Virus record (IMG/VR): IMGVR_UViG_3300033148_007258
Coordinates: 3,997-67,996 of that record
Source of the DNA: a virus
Strand: one strand, 5' to 3'
DNA: 64,000 nt
The translations under genes and the position numbers were made by a program. The notes beneath the pieces are model-generated. The model made no database searches, was not told the origin of the DNA, and saw only the letters and a program-made list of their open reading frames with translations. Of this stretch, positions 25,777-35,984 are shown one piece after another; the first letter of the stretch is position 1; each line of letters starts with the position of its first letter.

Positions 25777-26202
25777 ATGGAAACATTGACGGATTTAATA
25801 AAACGGCACGAGGGATTCAGGGAGACCGTTTATAAATGTCCGGCGGGCAAACTGACGGTCGGTTACGGGCATAACCTTGAAGATAATCCGATGTCGGAGC
25901 AGGTTGCGGAAATGTTGCTTGACGAAGACATAGATGAAGCGATTGAAAACTTGAAACAGGTTATTCCTGTGAACAAGCTGAAATATGAGAATGTGGTAAG
26001 GTTTAATGCGCTTGTTACTATGATGTATATATTTGGACTGGAGGGATTTAAGGGTTTTCGTAAGATGGTAGCCGCCTTAAAACGAGACCCTATAGATTGG
26101 TCGCTTGTAGCGGCGGAAGCGATGGACAGCCGGTGGTACAGGCGGTATCCGGTACGCGCTTCCGAGATAGTGCGGATGCTTCAATTTGGGGTGATGACTT
26201 AA
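25777..26202 (+). CDS. GH24 (T4-like) lysozyme
   Basis: HEG...YKCPAGKLTVGYGHN, DSRW motifs. Confidence 0.85.
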   Translation: METLTDLIKRHEGFRETVYKCPAGKLTVGYGHNLEDNPMSEQVAEMLLDEDIDEAIENLKQVIPVNKLKYENVVRFNALVTMMYIFGLEGFKGFRKMVAALKRDPIDWSLVAAEAMDSRWYRRYPVRASEIVRMLQFGVMT

Positions 26203-26203
26203 A

Positions 26204-29041
26204 ATGAATATGAAAACATTGTTATATATATGCTTGATTATGGCGGTGTCGGGCACGGCGTGGGGACAGACGGCGGTGCATGATACGAGCACCGCGTTCG
26301 ACGATGGATACATATACGCTTCTGATTCGCTTTACAGTGTAGCACGGGGGGCGACGACCGGCGATGGCGCTCAATCCACTTATCTTTGGTTCGGGCAATA
26401 CGATGATTTTGGCGGAGATAGTCTTATTGTTCGTGCGTTTCTCACCTTTGGTTTTGGCGATATTCCGGGAGGCGCAATCATTGATAGTGCAAAAATTATA
26501 TTTGATGGCAGGACCCCTAATTACGGTACTCATTTTTGGTATAATATTTATGTGGCGACATATTCTTCAATTGTTACATCAGAGTTTAATGCGTTCATTG
26601 GCTGGCAAAGCGGAATGCAGACATATACGGGAGATTCGTTGGCAATTTCACTTTATTCAGGGGATTATTCGGCAGACGACAACGTGATGTATATGAGGCA
26701 GTCAGGGCTTGATAGTATTACGGCTCACATCGGAGACAGCCTTAAATTGGTGATACTGAGCCGTGAAGATGTAACAGCAGACACCCCAACTAATGAAGAA
26801 AAAATACAATTTGAGGACAGCGCAAAAATAATTGTCTCATATCATACAGGGAGCGGTGATTCACCGCGTACTCTTACAAACTTTGATGTTTATGCGGCGG
26901 GACAGGATACGGCGCTTTATACCGTTCATGCCGATACCGGCGATTTTTCTATGTGGGATAGTATCATTGTGTATGACGCGACAGATACGGCGACAGTTTA
27001 CGGTGTATTCACGAGCGGGTCTCTGGCGGACACGGCGGGTACTCTAAGCAATTTGACGATCAATACTCTCGATACCCTGATTGCGGTGATGTACGCTCCG
27101 GTCGATACAATAGTTTATTCACTAACCGACACCATTACAACGCTTTCAGCGCCTTCCCAAAATTATCATTATGTACGCGCCGGAGCTACAGGTAATAATG
27201 ATGGTACAGACTGGACGAATGCGTGGACGGAATTACCTGCAACTTTAATACGCGGAGATACTTATTATATTGCAGATAGTACATATTCAGAATATACTTT
27301 TGACGATGCTGAAGATGACAGCACGTATATTTATATCAAGAAAGCAACCGAATCAGCGCACGGCACTGACACAGGATGGGACAGCTCATACGGTGATGGG
27401 CAGGCAATATTTACAGAGCAAATAAACTTTCTTAATGGATACTATATATGGGACGGTGTTACAGGCTCCGGAAGTGATACTACCTCATACGGGTTCAAGG
27501 TAACCTGGGATGGCGATACTACTGTTGAACATTACTTAGTAGGAATGCCAGGTATGGGTTACGGTACCTCACAGGTAGATCATATTACCTTTTCTCATAC
27601 GTCTCTGGCGTGTCCTGGTGAAGCTGCAAGTAACGGAGGAGCGCTGGCTAATATGAGTATTTATTCAGCTCCTCGCAATGCAGGTTATGCGGCAGAACAA
27701 ATAACTATATCAAATAATTATTTGGCATTCGGCTCTTCTAATATGCTTATTCGATTTTGGCGTAATTGTATTATAGAAGGCAATTATTTCGATGCTAATT
27801 GGAGTAGTTCACAAAATCATGGTCAGGCGATTTCTTCAGGGACAGATAGTACTGTAATATTAAGGAATAATACGTTTAAAGACCCATTGGTTTTTATATT
27901 AGGAGGGCATAATCAGGAGAACTATAATTGGAACATATATAATAATCTTGTTATTGGCGGGGATTTAACGGCAGGATTTGGTCTTGCGGAGTCATATCGA
28001 ACAGATGCTTTTAGAAACTGTGATATGTACCATAATACCTTTATCGGTGTTGACTTTGGGGGGCGAGGCGCATTGTTTGTGGGCACTTTGTCGGATACGA
28101 CAAACGCTACCAGCAGAGCTTACAATAATTTGTTTTATAATTGTATTCATCCACGTTTAGACAATGCTGATGCCACTGGAGACCCTGCAATCTATCACGA
28201 TTATAATATTTATTATAATTGTACCGGTAATTTTTATCCCGATTCAAATGATGTTGTTACAACAGGCGACCCGTTTATTGATTCGGCTAATGATGATTTC
28301 AGACTTAAGCAGGCGACTGCTGCCGGTGTTCCTCTTTCTTCTCCATATAATGTTGATATATTAGGTAATGTCAGAGGCGCCGATGGTTTTTGGGACAGGG
28401 GAGCTTATGAATATACCGCCGGAGGCTTTAATGTGTCCAATGTTACTGTAAGTGACACAACGTACCGGTCGGCAATTATTTCTTTCGATACGGCAGCAAC
28501 GACGGGGCTGGATTCGTTTGTTGTAATATCGGCGTCGGACAGCAGCGAGCTTGAGAATTTCTGGCATTCGACCAGCGGGATGCTGGACTCGGCAAAAACG
28601 CTGACGAAAGATTCTCTTTACAACTATCGGATTGTGGCGTACTATGACGGCGTTGACACTTTTTATACTGGTCCGCTCAGCTTTACGACGTTGGATGACC
28701 GATATGTCAACAATCTGCGGCTGACTGACATCGGGCTAACATCCTGTACGGCTGAATGGGACACGTCTTACGGCGCTGTTAAAACGGCATTTGATAGCAT
28801 GAGAGCAATTAACGATGCGGATTCAACACTCCTGAAAATGTTTGGAACGGATACGACCGGCGTTATAGATAATCTGACGCCGGAAACGACATACTGGATC
28901 AGGATCGTGGGATATGCCAGCGATACGTTGTACTATTCAAATAAAGGCAAAATAAGGACTCTTGGAAATGTTTTATACAGGGGGAAACCATCGGGCTGGA
29001 ACGGCAAGAAGCGGCATGGTTGGAACAGGGGCGGCGGTTAA
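26204..29041 (+). CDS. Large exported beta-rich protein (DNRLRE-like, beta-helix and FN3-like regions)
   Basis: Signal peptide ending TAWG-Q; YVRAGATG.NDG.DW.NAW start and DFRL...DRGAYEY end of beta-helix region. Confidence 0.7.
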   Translation: MNMKTLLYICLIMAVSGTAWGQTAVHDTSTAFDDGYIYASDSLYSVARGATTGDGAQSTYLWFGQYDDFGGDSLIVRAFLTFGFGDIPGGAIIDSAKIIFDGRTPNYGTHFWYNIYVATYSSIVTSEFNAFIGWQSGMQTYTGDSLAISLYSGDYSADDNVMYMRQSGLDSITAHIGDSLKLVILSREDVTADTPTNEEKIQFEDSAKIIVSYHTGSGDSPRTLTNFDVYAAGQDTALYTVHADTGDFSMWDSIIVYDATDTATVYGVFTSGSLADTAGTLSNLTINTLDTLIAVMYAPVDTIVYSLTDTITTLSAPSQNYHYVRAGATGNNDGTDWTNAWTELPATLIRGDTYYIADSTYSEYTFDDAEDDSTYIYIKKATESAHGTDTGWDSSYGDGQAIFTEQINFLNGYYIWDGVTGSGSDTTSYGFKVTWDGDTTVEHYLVGMPGMGYGTSQVDHITFSHTSLACPGEAASNGGALANMSIYSAPRNAGYAAEQITISNNYLAFGSSNMLIRFWRNCIIEGNYFDANWSSSQNHGQAISSGTDSTVILRNNTFKDPLVFILGGHNQENYNWNIYNNLVIGGDLTAGFGLAESYRTDAFRNCDMYHNTFIGVDFGGRGALFVGTLSDTTNATSRAYNNLFYNCIHPRLDNADATGDPAIYHDYNIYYNCTGNFYPDSNDVVTTGDPFIDSANDDFRLKQATAAGVPLSSPYNVDILGNVRGADGFWDRGAYEYTAGGFNVSNVTVSDTTYRSAIISFDTAATTGLDSFVVISASDSSELENFWHSTSGMLDSAKTLTKDSLYNYRIVAYYDGVDTFYTGPLSFTTLDDRYVNNLRLTDIGLTSCTAEWDTSYGAVKTAFDSMRAINDADSTLLKMFGTDTTGVIDNLTPETTYWIRIVGYASDTLYYSNKGKIRTLGNVLYRGKPSGWNGKKRHGWNRGGG

Positions 29042-29652
29042 TGAGACGGGCGCTGCGGTTCAAATACACGATAGGCGCCGCGATATTTTATATCGTTCTT
29101 TTTGCGGTGGTAATGACATTTTTTTGCGATGCGGCGGGAGCGCAGGTTAAGGATTTTGTGGGAAAGCCGGTTAAAGGCGCGTTTCTGCGGCTGACGGATG
29201 CGAACAAATGGTACGTACCGGGACTGGATTCATGGGTAGTGGCGCACAGTTTTTTTGACGGCGTAAAAGATGCAAAGGAACATTATCTTGGCACGAACAG
29301 ATACTTCAAAGGCAAAGAGGATTGGCATACGTATAAGGCGCTTCGGGATATTTCGCTCATTATGGCTTCGCTTAACATGGCGCGTTCGATTTTTATTGAT
29401 AAAATGTCTTACAAAGATTTTACGAAGAGCGCTTTGAGGGCGGCGCTGATACGGGCGTTGGTTTTCGGCGTCGTTTATAAGACGGCTAAGGCGGGGTTTC
29501 CGGCGTACAACGACCCGTTTTTCAACCGGCACAGCATATACTATCCGACCGTGCGGGGCGGGCGAATTGTGGACGGATACATCGGGACGGGGCGGTTTAC
29601 GACAATAAGCGTGGACTTACTAAAATTAGCGGGGATATGGAAGCTAAGATGA
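29041..29652 (+). CDS. Exported or membrane hypothetical protein
   Basis: Hydrophobic leader ending AAGA-Q. Confidence 0.55.
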   Translation: MRRALRFKYTIGAAIFYIVLFAVVMTFFCDAAGAQVKDFVGKPVKGAFLRLTDANKWYVPGLDSWVVAHSFFDGVKDAKEHYLGTNRYFKGKEDWHTYKALRDISLIMASLNMARSIFIDKMSYKDFTKSALRAALIRALVFGVVYKTAKAGFPAYNDPFFNRHSIYYPTVRGGRIVDGYIGTGRFTTISVDLLKLAGIWKLR

Positions 29653-31937
29653 TACAATACAAAAAGATAGCGGTAATCGGGGCGTGTCTGCTGGGACTGG
29701 CGTTATGGTGTGCGGCGGTTATATCGTTCGGTAGCACGGAAGGCGGGGACTTTGCAAATGTTACCAGTGGCAGTGTATCGGTTGCCAGGCTGACGGATAC
29801 ATCGGCGGTTGTTATTTATGAGAATAGTGGGACGCCCAAAAGGGGTGAAGCTCGATTCGGGCGGGTTTCAGGTGACAGTATTTTAATAGGAAGCGCATAC
29901 ACATTTCCTGCTGGTAATATCTCGAATTATGTGCCAGCGGTCTGCCGTTTGAACGATTCTCTGTTTGCTATTTCTTATGTGTCAGATATGACGGCAGATA
30001 AAATTTTTACTGTCGTCGGTATATATGAAGCGGACACGTTGAGATTTACTGATTCCACACTTGTTGATGGTTTGAACGTCAATGGTAATGGTGATGTTGT
30101 TCGCCTTAATGATACAACATATATACTTGTTTATGCTGCACATACCAACAATGGATTTACGCGTAGGGCAACCTATACTTCCGATGGCACGGTAACACTT
30201 GGAGATTCTACCGAGTATGCGGGTGGTGGAACTGTGGGGTATCAATCGGCCGTTGCTATAACGGATACCAGTTTTGTTTTTATAGATGTACAGGGGAGGG
30301 CATATATAGGATATTATTCTGCAACACATGGAGACACTATAACATATTCCCCCCGCTTTGATATTCAGCCCGCAAACATTAATTATGATGGTGATTTGTT
30401 ATTGTTGAACGACAGCACCCTTATTGCGGGTTATGTTGATTTATATGGTGCAATTGATACGGCAAAAGTGGCAGTCGGGCGTATTGTGAATAATGATTCG
30501 ATTTACTTTTATAAAGGTACTGCTTTTTATCATGGCGACCTTGTAACAAGTATGAGTCTTGCAAAAACAGGAGTTGATAATTTTGTTATTAATTATGAGG
30601 CTCCTGAAAATAATGGCAAAGCCGTTTCGGTAAATCTTGTAAACGATACGGCATTTATGTTCAGCGATACATCTACCTTCAGCATGACGGGTATGAACCG
30701 ATTTGCGGCGGATTATCTCACTACAAATAAGTATTTTTTTGGTTATGACTACAGTGGGACTGGTTATCTGACCATAGGCACAGTTACGGGGGGATTGTGG
30801 AATCCCTACGGTGAAACCATGACGCCTATCAGCAAGACGGCATTTCGGTTCAGCGCGAAAGATTCAAGCGGGACGCGGCTTGTGCTGTATCTCTACGGCA
30901 CGGCGGGCGCTATACTGGATTCCGTGCAGAGTGCGGGCGGAAGCGGCGCTTATACATGGACGGATACCAATACTGACGCGACGCGGGATTGGAACCAGTT
31001 ATGTACGCTGTATGTCGCCGTCAAGGAGAGTCTTGCATACGGCGGAGATACTTTGATGACGCGCATGATTCAGTATACTTATGAGGATAAACCGGCGACG
31101 TTCACGTACAAGGGGTGGGCGGCGGATTCGCTGAAGTTCACGGTCGCCGACGCCGACACGGACATTATGTTTGTGCTCTACGATACGACGCGGAGCGTTT
31201 ATTACGGTGAGGACGGGGATACTTCCAGCACAATGCTCATAGATACCGTCAAGAACTATGACGGCAGCGTTATCACGGGCAAGGTGGACACGGCGGGCAA
31301 GTATGTTCTGCGGCTCGGCGGCGTCAACCCTGACAGCGTTGTCAACTGGAAGGGATATTATACCGCACGTTCTTGCAGCCGGATCGACAGCTTTTTTATA
31401 GGCTACCGCGATTCTACCAGTTTGACGCTGTATGTTGCGGATACGACCGGCACGGGCATACAGTACCGCGTTACCAATGTTATGACCGGCGACATCGACA
31501 CTCTGGCGCGGACACAGGCGGACGGCGTGGTTGGTTCTTATACACTGGGCGGTCTTTCATACAATACGGTTTACCAGTTCAGTATCGTGCGAGACGATTC
31601 AGGGGCGACCATTCCGTCAAAGTTACAGGCGGATTCGCTTTTTACCGACCCGACCGAACCGACGCTGACGCTGACGCGGCTTAGCGCGGATACCGTGCAG
31701 GTAACGCTGGCGGGCAACGGCAATCCCGACAGCACCTATTATTATCTATTCGACCGCTATCAGCGGGACATGGTAGATACTACGGCTTATTATGTCGGAA
31801 AGACGGCATATCAGGCGAGTAAGTTCTGGGCTACGTTACAGTGGTGGAACGGGCGGAAGTTCGCTTACATGGATAATACGCTCCCGCGCATTATCAACGT
31901 GCGCTGGTCGTCAGGGATAACAAAACCAATCCATTAA
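29649..31937 (+). CDS. Large exported protein with about 7 propeller-like repeats and FN3-like C-terminal region
   Basis: Hydrophobic leader; repeats such as VARLTDTSAVVIY, VCRLNDSLFAISY, VVRLNDTTYILVY. Confidence 0.65.
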   Translation: MIQYKKIAVIGACLLGLALWCAAVISFGSTEGGDFANVTSGSVSVARLTDTSAVVIYENSGTPKRGEARFGRVSGDSILIGSAYTFPAGNISNYVPAVCRLNDSLFAISYVSDMTADKIFTVVGIYEADTLRFTDSTLVDGLNVNGNGDVVRLNDTTYILVYAAHTNNGFTRRATYTSDGTVTLGDSTEYAGGGTVGYQSAVAITDTSFVFIDVQGRAYIGYYSATHGDTITYSPRFDIQPANINYDGDLLLLNDSTLIAGYVDLYGAIDTAKVAVGRIVNNDSIYFYKGTAFYHGDLVTSMSLAKTGVDNFVINYEAPENNGKAVSVNLVNDTAFMFSDTSTFSMTGMNRFAADYLTTNKYFFGYDYSGTGYLTIGTVTGGLWNPYGETMTPISKTAFRFSAKDSSGTRLVLYLYGTAGAILDSVQSAGGSGAYTWTDTNTDATRDWNQLCTLYVAVKESLAYGGDTLMTRMIQYTYEDKPATFTYKGWAADSLKFTVADADTDIMFVLYDTTRSVYYGEDGDTSSTMLIDTVKNYDGSVITGKVDTAGKYVLRLGGVNPDSVVNWKGYYTARSCSRIDSFFIGYRDSTSLTLYVADTTGTGIQYRVTNVMTGDIDTLARTQADGVVGSYTLGGLSYNTVYQFSIVRDDSGATIPSKLQADSLFTDPTEPTLTLTRLSADTVQVTLAGNGNPDSTYYYLFDRYQRDMVDTTAYYVGKTAYQASKFWATLQWWNGRKFAYMDNTLPRIINVRWSSGITKPIH

Positions 31938-31951
31938 GGTGGTGGAAATAA

Positions 31952-32650
31952 ATGCCGAGAACACGCGAAGGCGGGACACAAGAAGAAACATTGATGACAC
32001 AGGCGGCATATCCTATTGTTGCTCGTCCCGTTGACTTTTATTATGACGGCGAGCGATATAACAACACAGGATATTTCAAGTGGAAACGGGATTCGTTGAC
32101 ATCGTATTATTATCTGGAGCGGTGTGCGACTTTTGACGGGACATTCGCACTGGTTACTGACGGCAAGATAACCACTCCGGCAAGCGGCACATGGGTGTCG
32201 TTCAGGGATGTTGATGTTGACCCGCGCTCGTTTTATTACCGCCTGCGGGCACAGGACGGCAACCTGAATTACAGCCGGTATGCTGGTCCAATCAAGCCGG
32301 GCGACACGTCCAGCGAATGTATCGTGAAGGTGTACGTCAAGAAATCCAACGGCGCTGTATATACCGGCGAGAATCGTCCGATAGTGAAGCTCGTGCCGGA
32401 AGATGCGGACAAGATATTTGAGTTTAATAGCGCTAAGATATATTCTACAGAAAAGAACGTGGGTGTACGCTGTGAGGAGAAATCGGGATATGCAGAGCTG
32501 ACCGTGCTTCGCAGTTCGGCAATCAGTAATTTAAAGTATAAACTGACAATAATAATCGGCGGTGAACCGATAACAGAGACGGGTATAACCATACCCGACC
32601 AAGCGGAAGTCTGGCTGAACGATTTAGTTACTTGGCTTCCGGCAGCATAA
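31952..32650 (+). CDS. Putative virion protein with FN3-like domain
   Basis: W....YYLER...FYYRLRA.D...NYS pattern; no signal peptide. Confidence 0.55.
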   Translation: MPRTREGGTQEETLMTQAAYPIVARPVDFYYDGERYNNTGYFKWKRDSLTSYYYLERCATFDGTFALVTDGKITTPASGTWVSFRDVDVDPRSFYYRLRAQDGNLNYSRYAGPIKPGDTSSECIVKVYVKKSNGAVYTGENRPIVKLVPEDADKIFEFNSAKIYSTEKNVGVRCEEKSGYAELTVLRSSAISNLKYKLTIIIGGEPITETGITIPDQAEVWLNDLVTWLPAA

Positions 32651-32667
32651 ATGAGAGGTGATTAAGG

Positions 32668-33582
32668 ATGTACGTTCCACCGTGGGTATGGGAAACGGGT
32701 GCGAAGTTAGGTTTGAGTTTTCTTGGAAATCTTTTGGGCGGCGGCGGGAAGGATACTGAGAATTACAGGGGGTACGTTGGCAGCCAGCGGCAGATGTCCG
32801 ATTATGAGATGCGGCGGCGTAAACTGCGTGACGCGCAGATGGATAAGCTACGGCTACCATATTTGAGTAAAATCGGACAGCTTCTTAACGAAACCACGCC
32901 GTTCAGCACCGCCAAGTACATGAACCGGCTTCAAGCAGATACGCGAAATCCATATCTTGGAACCGGCGAAGCGCCGCCCCCGCTGACGACTGCACCTTTT
33001 ACGTTCGGGTTCAATAAACCCGGAACGACTGAATATAATTATTTTAATTGGACACAGGAAGACATCGATGAGGCGGCGCGCGACCAATGGTTGGAATGGC
33101 AAGATAAAACCGGAGGCGACATAGGTTTCGAGGAGTGGAAAAAGAAGTATTTCGACCCTGAGTCTATTTTCAACATTCCCGGTACTGGCGACATAAATCC
33201 AAAGGTATCTGGCGGCGGAGGCGATGGTGGCGGCAGTGGTGACGGCGACGGCGGCGGCGGCGGTGGGAATACATATACGGGTCCTGGTTATTACGGGTAT
33301 CAGAATCCGGGACAGAAAGCTTCTTATACAACGCCGGGAGGCGAGTTCACGTGGCTACCGGAAACAAGCAAGAGCGCGCTGGGGTGGTTGAGTCAGCAGG
33401 CATACGGTAAGATGAATCGACCAACCGTGCCGTTCAAGCGTCCTCAGGGCACGGATATACAGAAGTTTTTCAACAAGGCATTAAACAATGCGCAGTTTCG
33501 CCGTCCGGTTCAGGGCGGGATACTGCCATTACCAAGCAGGGGATACCGGCGACCGCCCGGAGCGAAATATCCGCCTGTATAA
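32668..33582 (+). CDS. Putative ejection/internal virion protein
   Basis: Gly-rich amphipathic N-terminus; position. Confidence 0.5.
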   Translation: MYVPPWVWETGAKLGLSFLGNLLGGGGKDTENYRGYVGSQRQMSDYEMRRRKLRDAQMDKLRLPYLSKIGQLLNETTPFSTAKYMNRLQADTRNPYLGTGEAPPPLTTAPFTFGFNKPGTTEYNYFNWTQEDIDEAARDQWLEWQDKTGGDIGFEEWKKKYFDPESIFNIPGTGDINPKVSGGGGDGGGSGDGDGGGGGGNTYTGPGYYGYQNPGQKASYTTPGGEFTWLPETSKSALGWLSQQAYGKMNRPTVPFKRPQGTDIQKFFNKALNNAQFRRPVQGGILPLPSRGYRRPPGAKYPPV

Positions 33583-33608
33583 AAAAACATAAGGTGTCGT
33601 GATGGTCT

Positions 33609-35984
33609 ATGTTAAACTATTCAATACCGAATTACCAGAGTTATTCACGGCGTTATAAGACGGGTCAAACGCAGAATGCACGGCTGCCGTCTTTGACCAA
33701 CCAAGGCAGGATAGGCGGCATTGACGTACGTCCGCGTCCCGACCGGTTGTTGCCCCGTGTAGAACGCGGCGGGTTCAGGCAGCAGCGCGTTCCGGCGCAG
33801 AAGGGCGGTTCGTATTCAGGGCTGCCGATGTCGCGTCCGGGCAACGCTGGCACAAACTATGATTCGCCATTTTACAGGGGATTCGATTCGCCGTATTCGC
33901 GCGATGAACTGCATGAGCAATATGATGACAAGGGGCGGGTAATCCGGCGGACACGCAAGACGGCGCCTTTTTTCGGCGAACAAGGGAGCACGTTTCGACC
34001 GATTCCACCGGGCGCGCACCCGCCGTTGAACGAGCAGGGGAACGTGTTGTCCGATTTAAGTGGTAATAGATTTAACAGTGCCTATCAACAGAATCAGTTT
34101 ACGCCACCGCCACCTTCAGCCGGTGCAGCGCCACCGCCTCCAGAGGGGGCGCCTCCCGATAGAGGTACGTGGGAATCGTCAATGACTCCATTTAATGCGT
34201 GGAATACGCCAGCCACTACGATAGATGAATTGTTGGCACAACAAAAACAGTGGGAACAATATTACGAATTACGACAGCGAGAGCTTGATTTTGCGTTGCG
34301 CAATAAAGAAATCACACAAGATGAATACAACCAGTATTTAAACGATTTAAATGCCGAAGAAAATCAATGGGATGAGTACTATAGAACAACAGATGCGCAA
34401 CTTGGCGGTGGGGCTGGTACGGACGGCGCTCCGCCCCCAAAAGCAGTATGGGACGCTGGCGTACAGCCGCCGAATTATACAGAAAGCCCGGCGTATGATT
34501 TTGGCGGATTGCAAGAGCAAAAGGTCGCGTGGCAGAATTATAGGAATCAGTATTTTGCCTCACTCAACCAAGCGTTGGCGGACGGGCAAATTGACCGAGC
34601 TACAAAACAGTATTATACCGACCAGTTTCGGCAAGCCAATGAACAGTTCCAGAATTATTTTAAACCATTAAACGATTATTATACAGCCGTTCAGAAGTTC
34701 CAGAATCAATTGCAAGCGGGTACGATGGACCCCTTGCAATTGTTTGGGCTTTATCAGGATGCGGCACAGAAGTTTCAAGATAATTACGGACAGCCCGGTT
34801 TTGATTTACAGGCACAGGGGATGCTCGGCGATTTAAGAAAACAGTTGGAGGATTATTATAAAAACTATCAAGAACCGAACGCGTCAAACCAACCGCCCGG
34901 CACGACTACGTGGAAATCAACAATAACGCCGTTTGATTTTGAGGGAATGACGCCAGCCACTACAATGGACGATTTGTTGGCACAGCGGACACAGTGGAAT
35001 CAGTATTACGGCAGCCGAAAACAGGAACTCGATTGGGCGCTGAGTCAGGGTTCAATAACGCAGGATGAATATAACCAGTATTTGAGCGATTTAGATTATG
35101 AACAAAAGCAGTGGGATGATTATTACAACGATTTATATGGGCAACTGGGCGCTGACAATCCTCCGCCGCCGACTCCGCCAGAACCACCTGCACCGCCCAC
35201 TCCGCCCGGCGAAGGCGAAGACCTCTTAGGGCAGCAGTTGCTTGAATATGCAAAGAATTATTTGTCGGGTAAGGATTTGTTCCCGACTGAGGAGCAACTA
35301 CGCAACCGGTATTCGGGTCAACTTAAAGATATAGATATTAAGGGGGAACGTGACGCGCGGGCGATTGCACAGTGGATGAACGAACAGGGGTTCCTGCGGT
35401 CGGGCGAGACAGGGCGCAGGCTCATGGAAAACGCTATTAACTATCAAGATCAGGCACGGCGATTTATAACGGATGTTGCCTCGCAGGCTGAGCAGCAGGG
35501 GCGCTATGAGAAGGGACAGCGGTTTAGTCAAGTTAGCGATTATGCACAACAGTTGTTTGACCGGAACCTGCAACAACAGCAGATGGATTTAAGCAGACTA
35601 CTGGCAGGTGGACAGATTAGCGACATGGAGTTCCAGCAGGCGATGCAGGAAGCGGAGTTCAACAGAGCGACACAGCAGATGGACTTTGAGAACCTTCTGG
35701 CATATCTGACGGGTGAACGCGATTTCTTTAAGTGGGAGACCGAGTTCGGCGCGGGCGGCATCGGCGCGGAGAACAGCATTCTGGCAAAATACAAGAACCT
35801 TCTTGACCCCGATAATCCTTTCACCAATCCCTACGGCATTATGATGGGTCTTAGTGGATTAGCCGGTCAAAGTCAAGGGAATATGTCGGATTTAGCGCAA
35901 TGGCTGACGGAGAATATCGACTGGGATAAATTTGGAGATTGGATTAATAGTTGGGGCAACGATAACGGTGGTGATACAGCATGA
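33609..35984 (+). CDS. Putative ejection protein with internal repeats
   Basis: Gln/Tyr-rich helical repeats, Pro-rich linkers, GFLRSG motif. Confidence 0.55.
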   Translation: MLNYSIPNYQSYSRRYKTGQTQNARLPSLTNQGRIGGIDVRPRPDRLLPRVERGGFRQQRVPAQKGGSYSGLPMSRPGNAGTNYDSPFYRGFDSPYSRDELHEQYDDKGRVIRRTRKTAPFFGEQGSTFRPIPPGAHPPLNEQGNVLSDLSGNRFNSAYQQNQFTPPPPSAGAAPPPPEGAPPDRGTWESSMTPFNAWNTPATTIDELLAQQKQWEQYYELRQRELDFALRNKEITQDEYNQYLNDLNAEENQWDEYYRTTDAQLGGGAGTDGAPPPKAVWDAGVQPPNYTESPAYDFGGLQEQKVAWQNYRNQYFASLNQALADGQIDRATKQYYTDQFRQANEQFQNYFKPLNDYYTAVQKFQNQLQAGTMDPLQLFGLYQDAAQKFQDNYGQPGFDLQAQGMLGDLRKQLEDYYKNYQEPNASNQPPGTTTWKSTITPFDFEGMTPATTMDDLLAQRTQWNQYYGSRKQELDWALSQGSITQDEYNQYLSDLDYEQKQWDDYYNDLYGQLGADNPPPPTPPEPPAPPTPPGEGEDLLGQQLLEYAKNYLSGKDLFPTEEQLRNRYSGQLKDIDIKGERDARAIAQWMNEQGFLRSGETGRRLMENAINYQDQARRFITDVASQAEQQGRYEKGQRFSQVSDYAQQLFDRNLQQQQMDLSRLLAGGQISDMEFQQAMQEAEFNRATQQMDFENLLAYLTGERDFFKWETEFGAGGIGAENSILAKYKNLLDPDNPFTNPYGIMMGLSGLAGQSQGNMSDLAQWLTENIDWDKFGDWINSWGNDNGGDTA

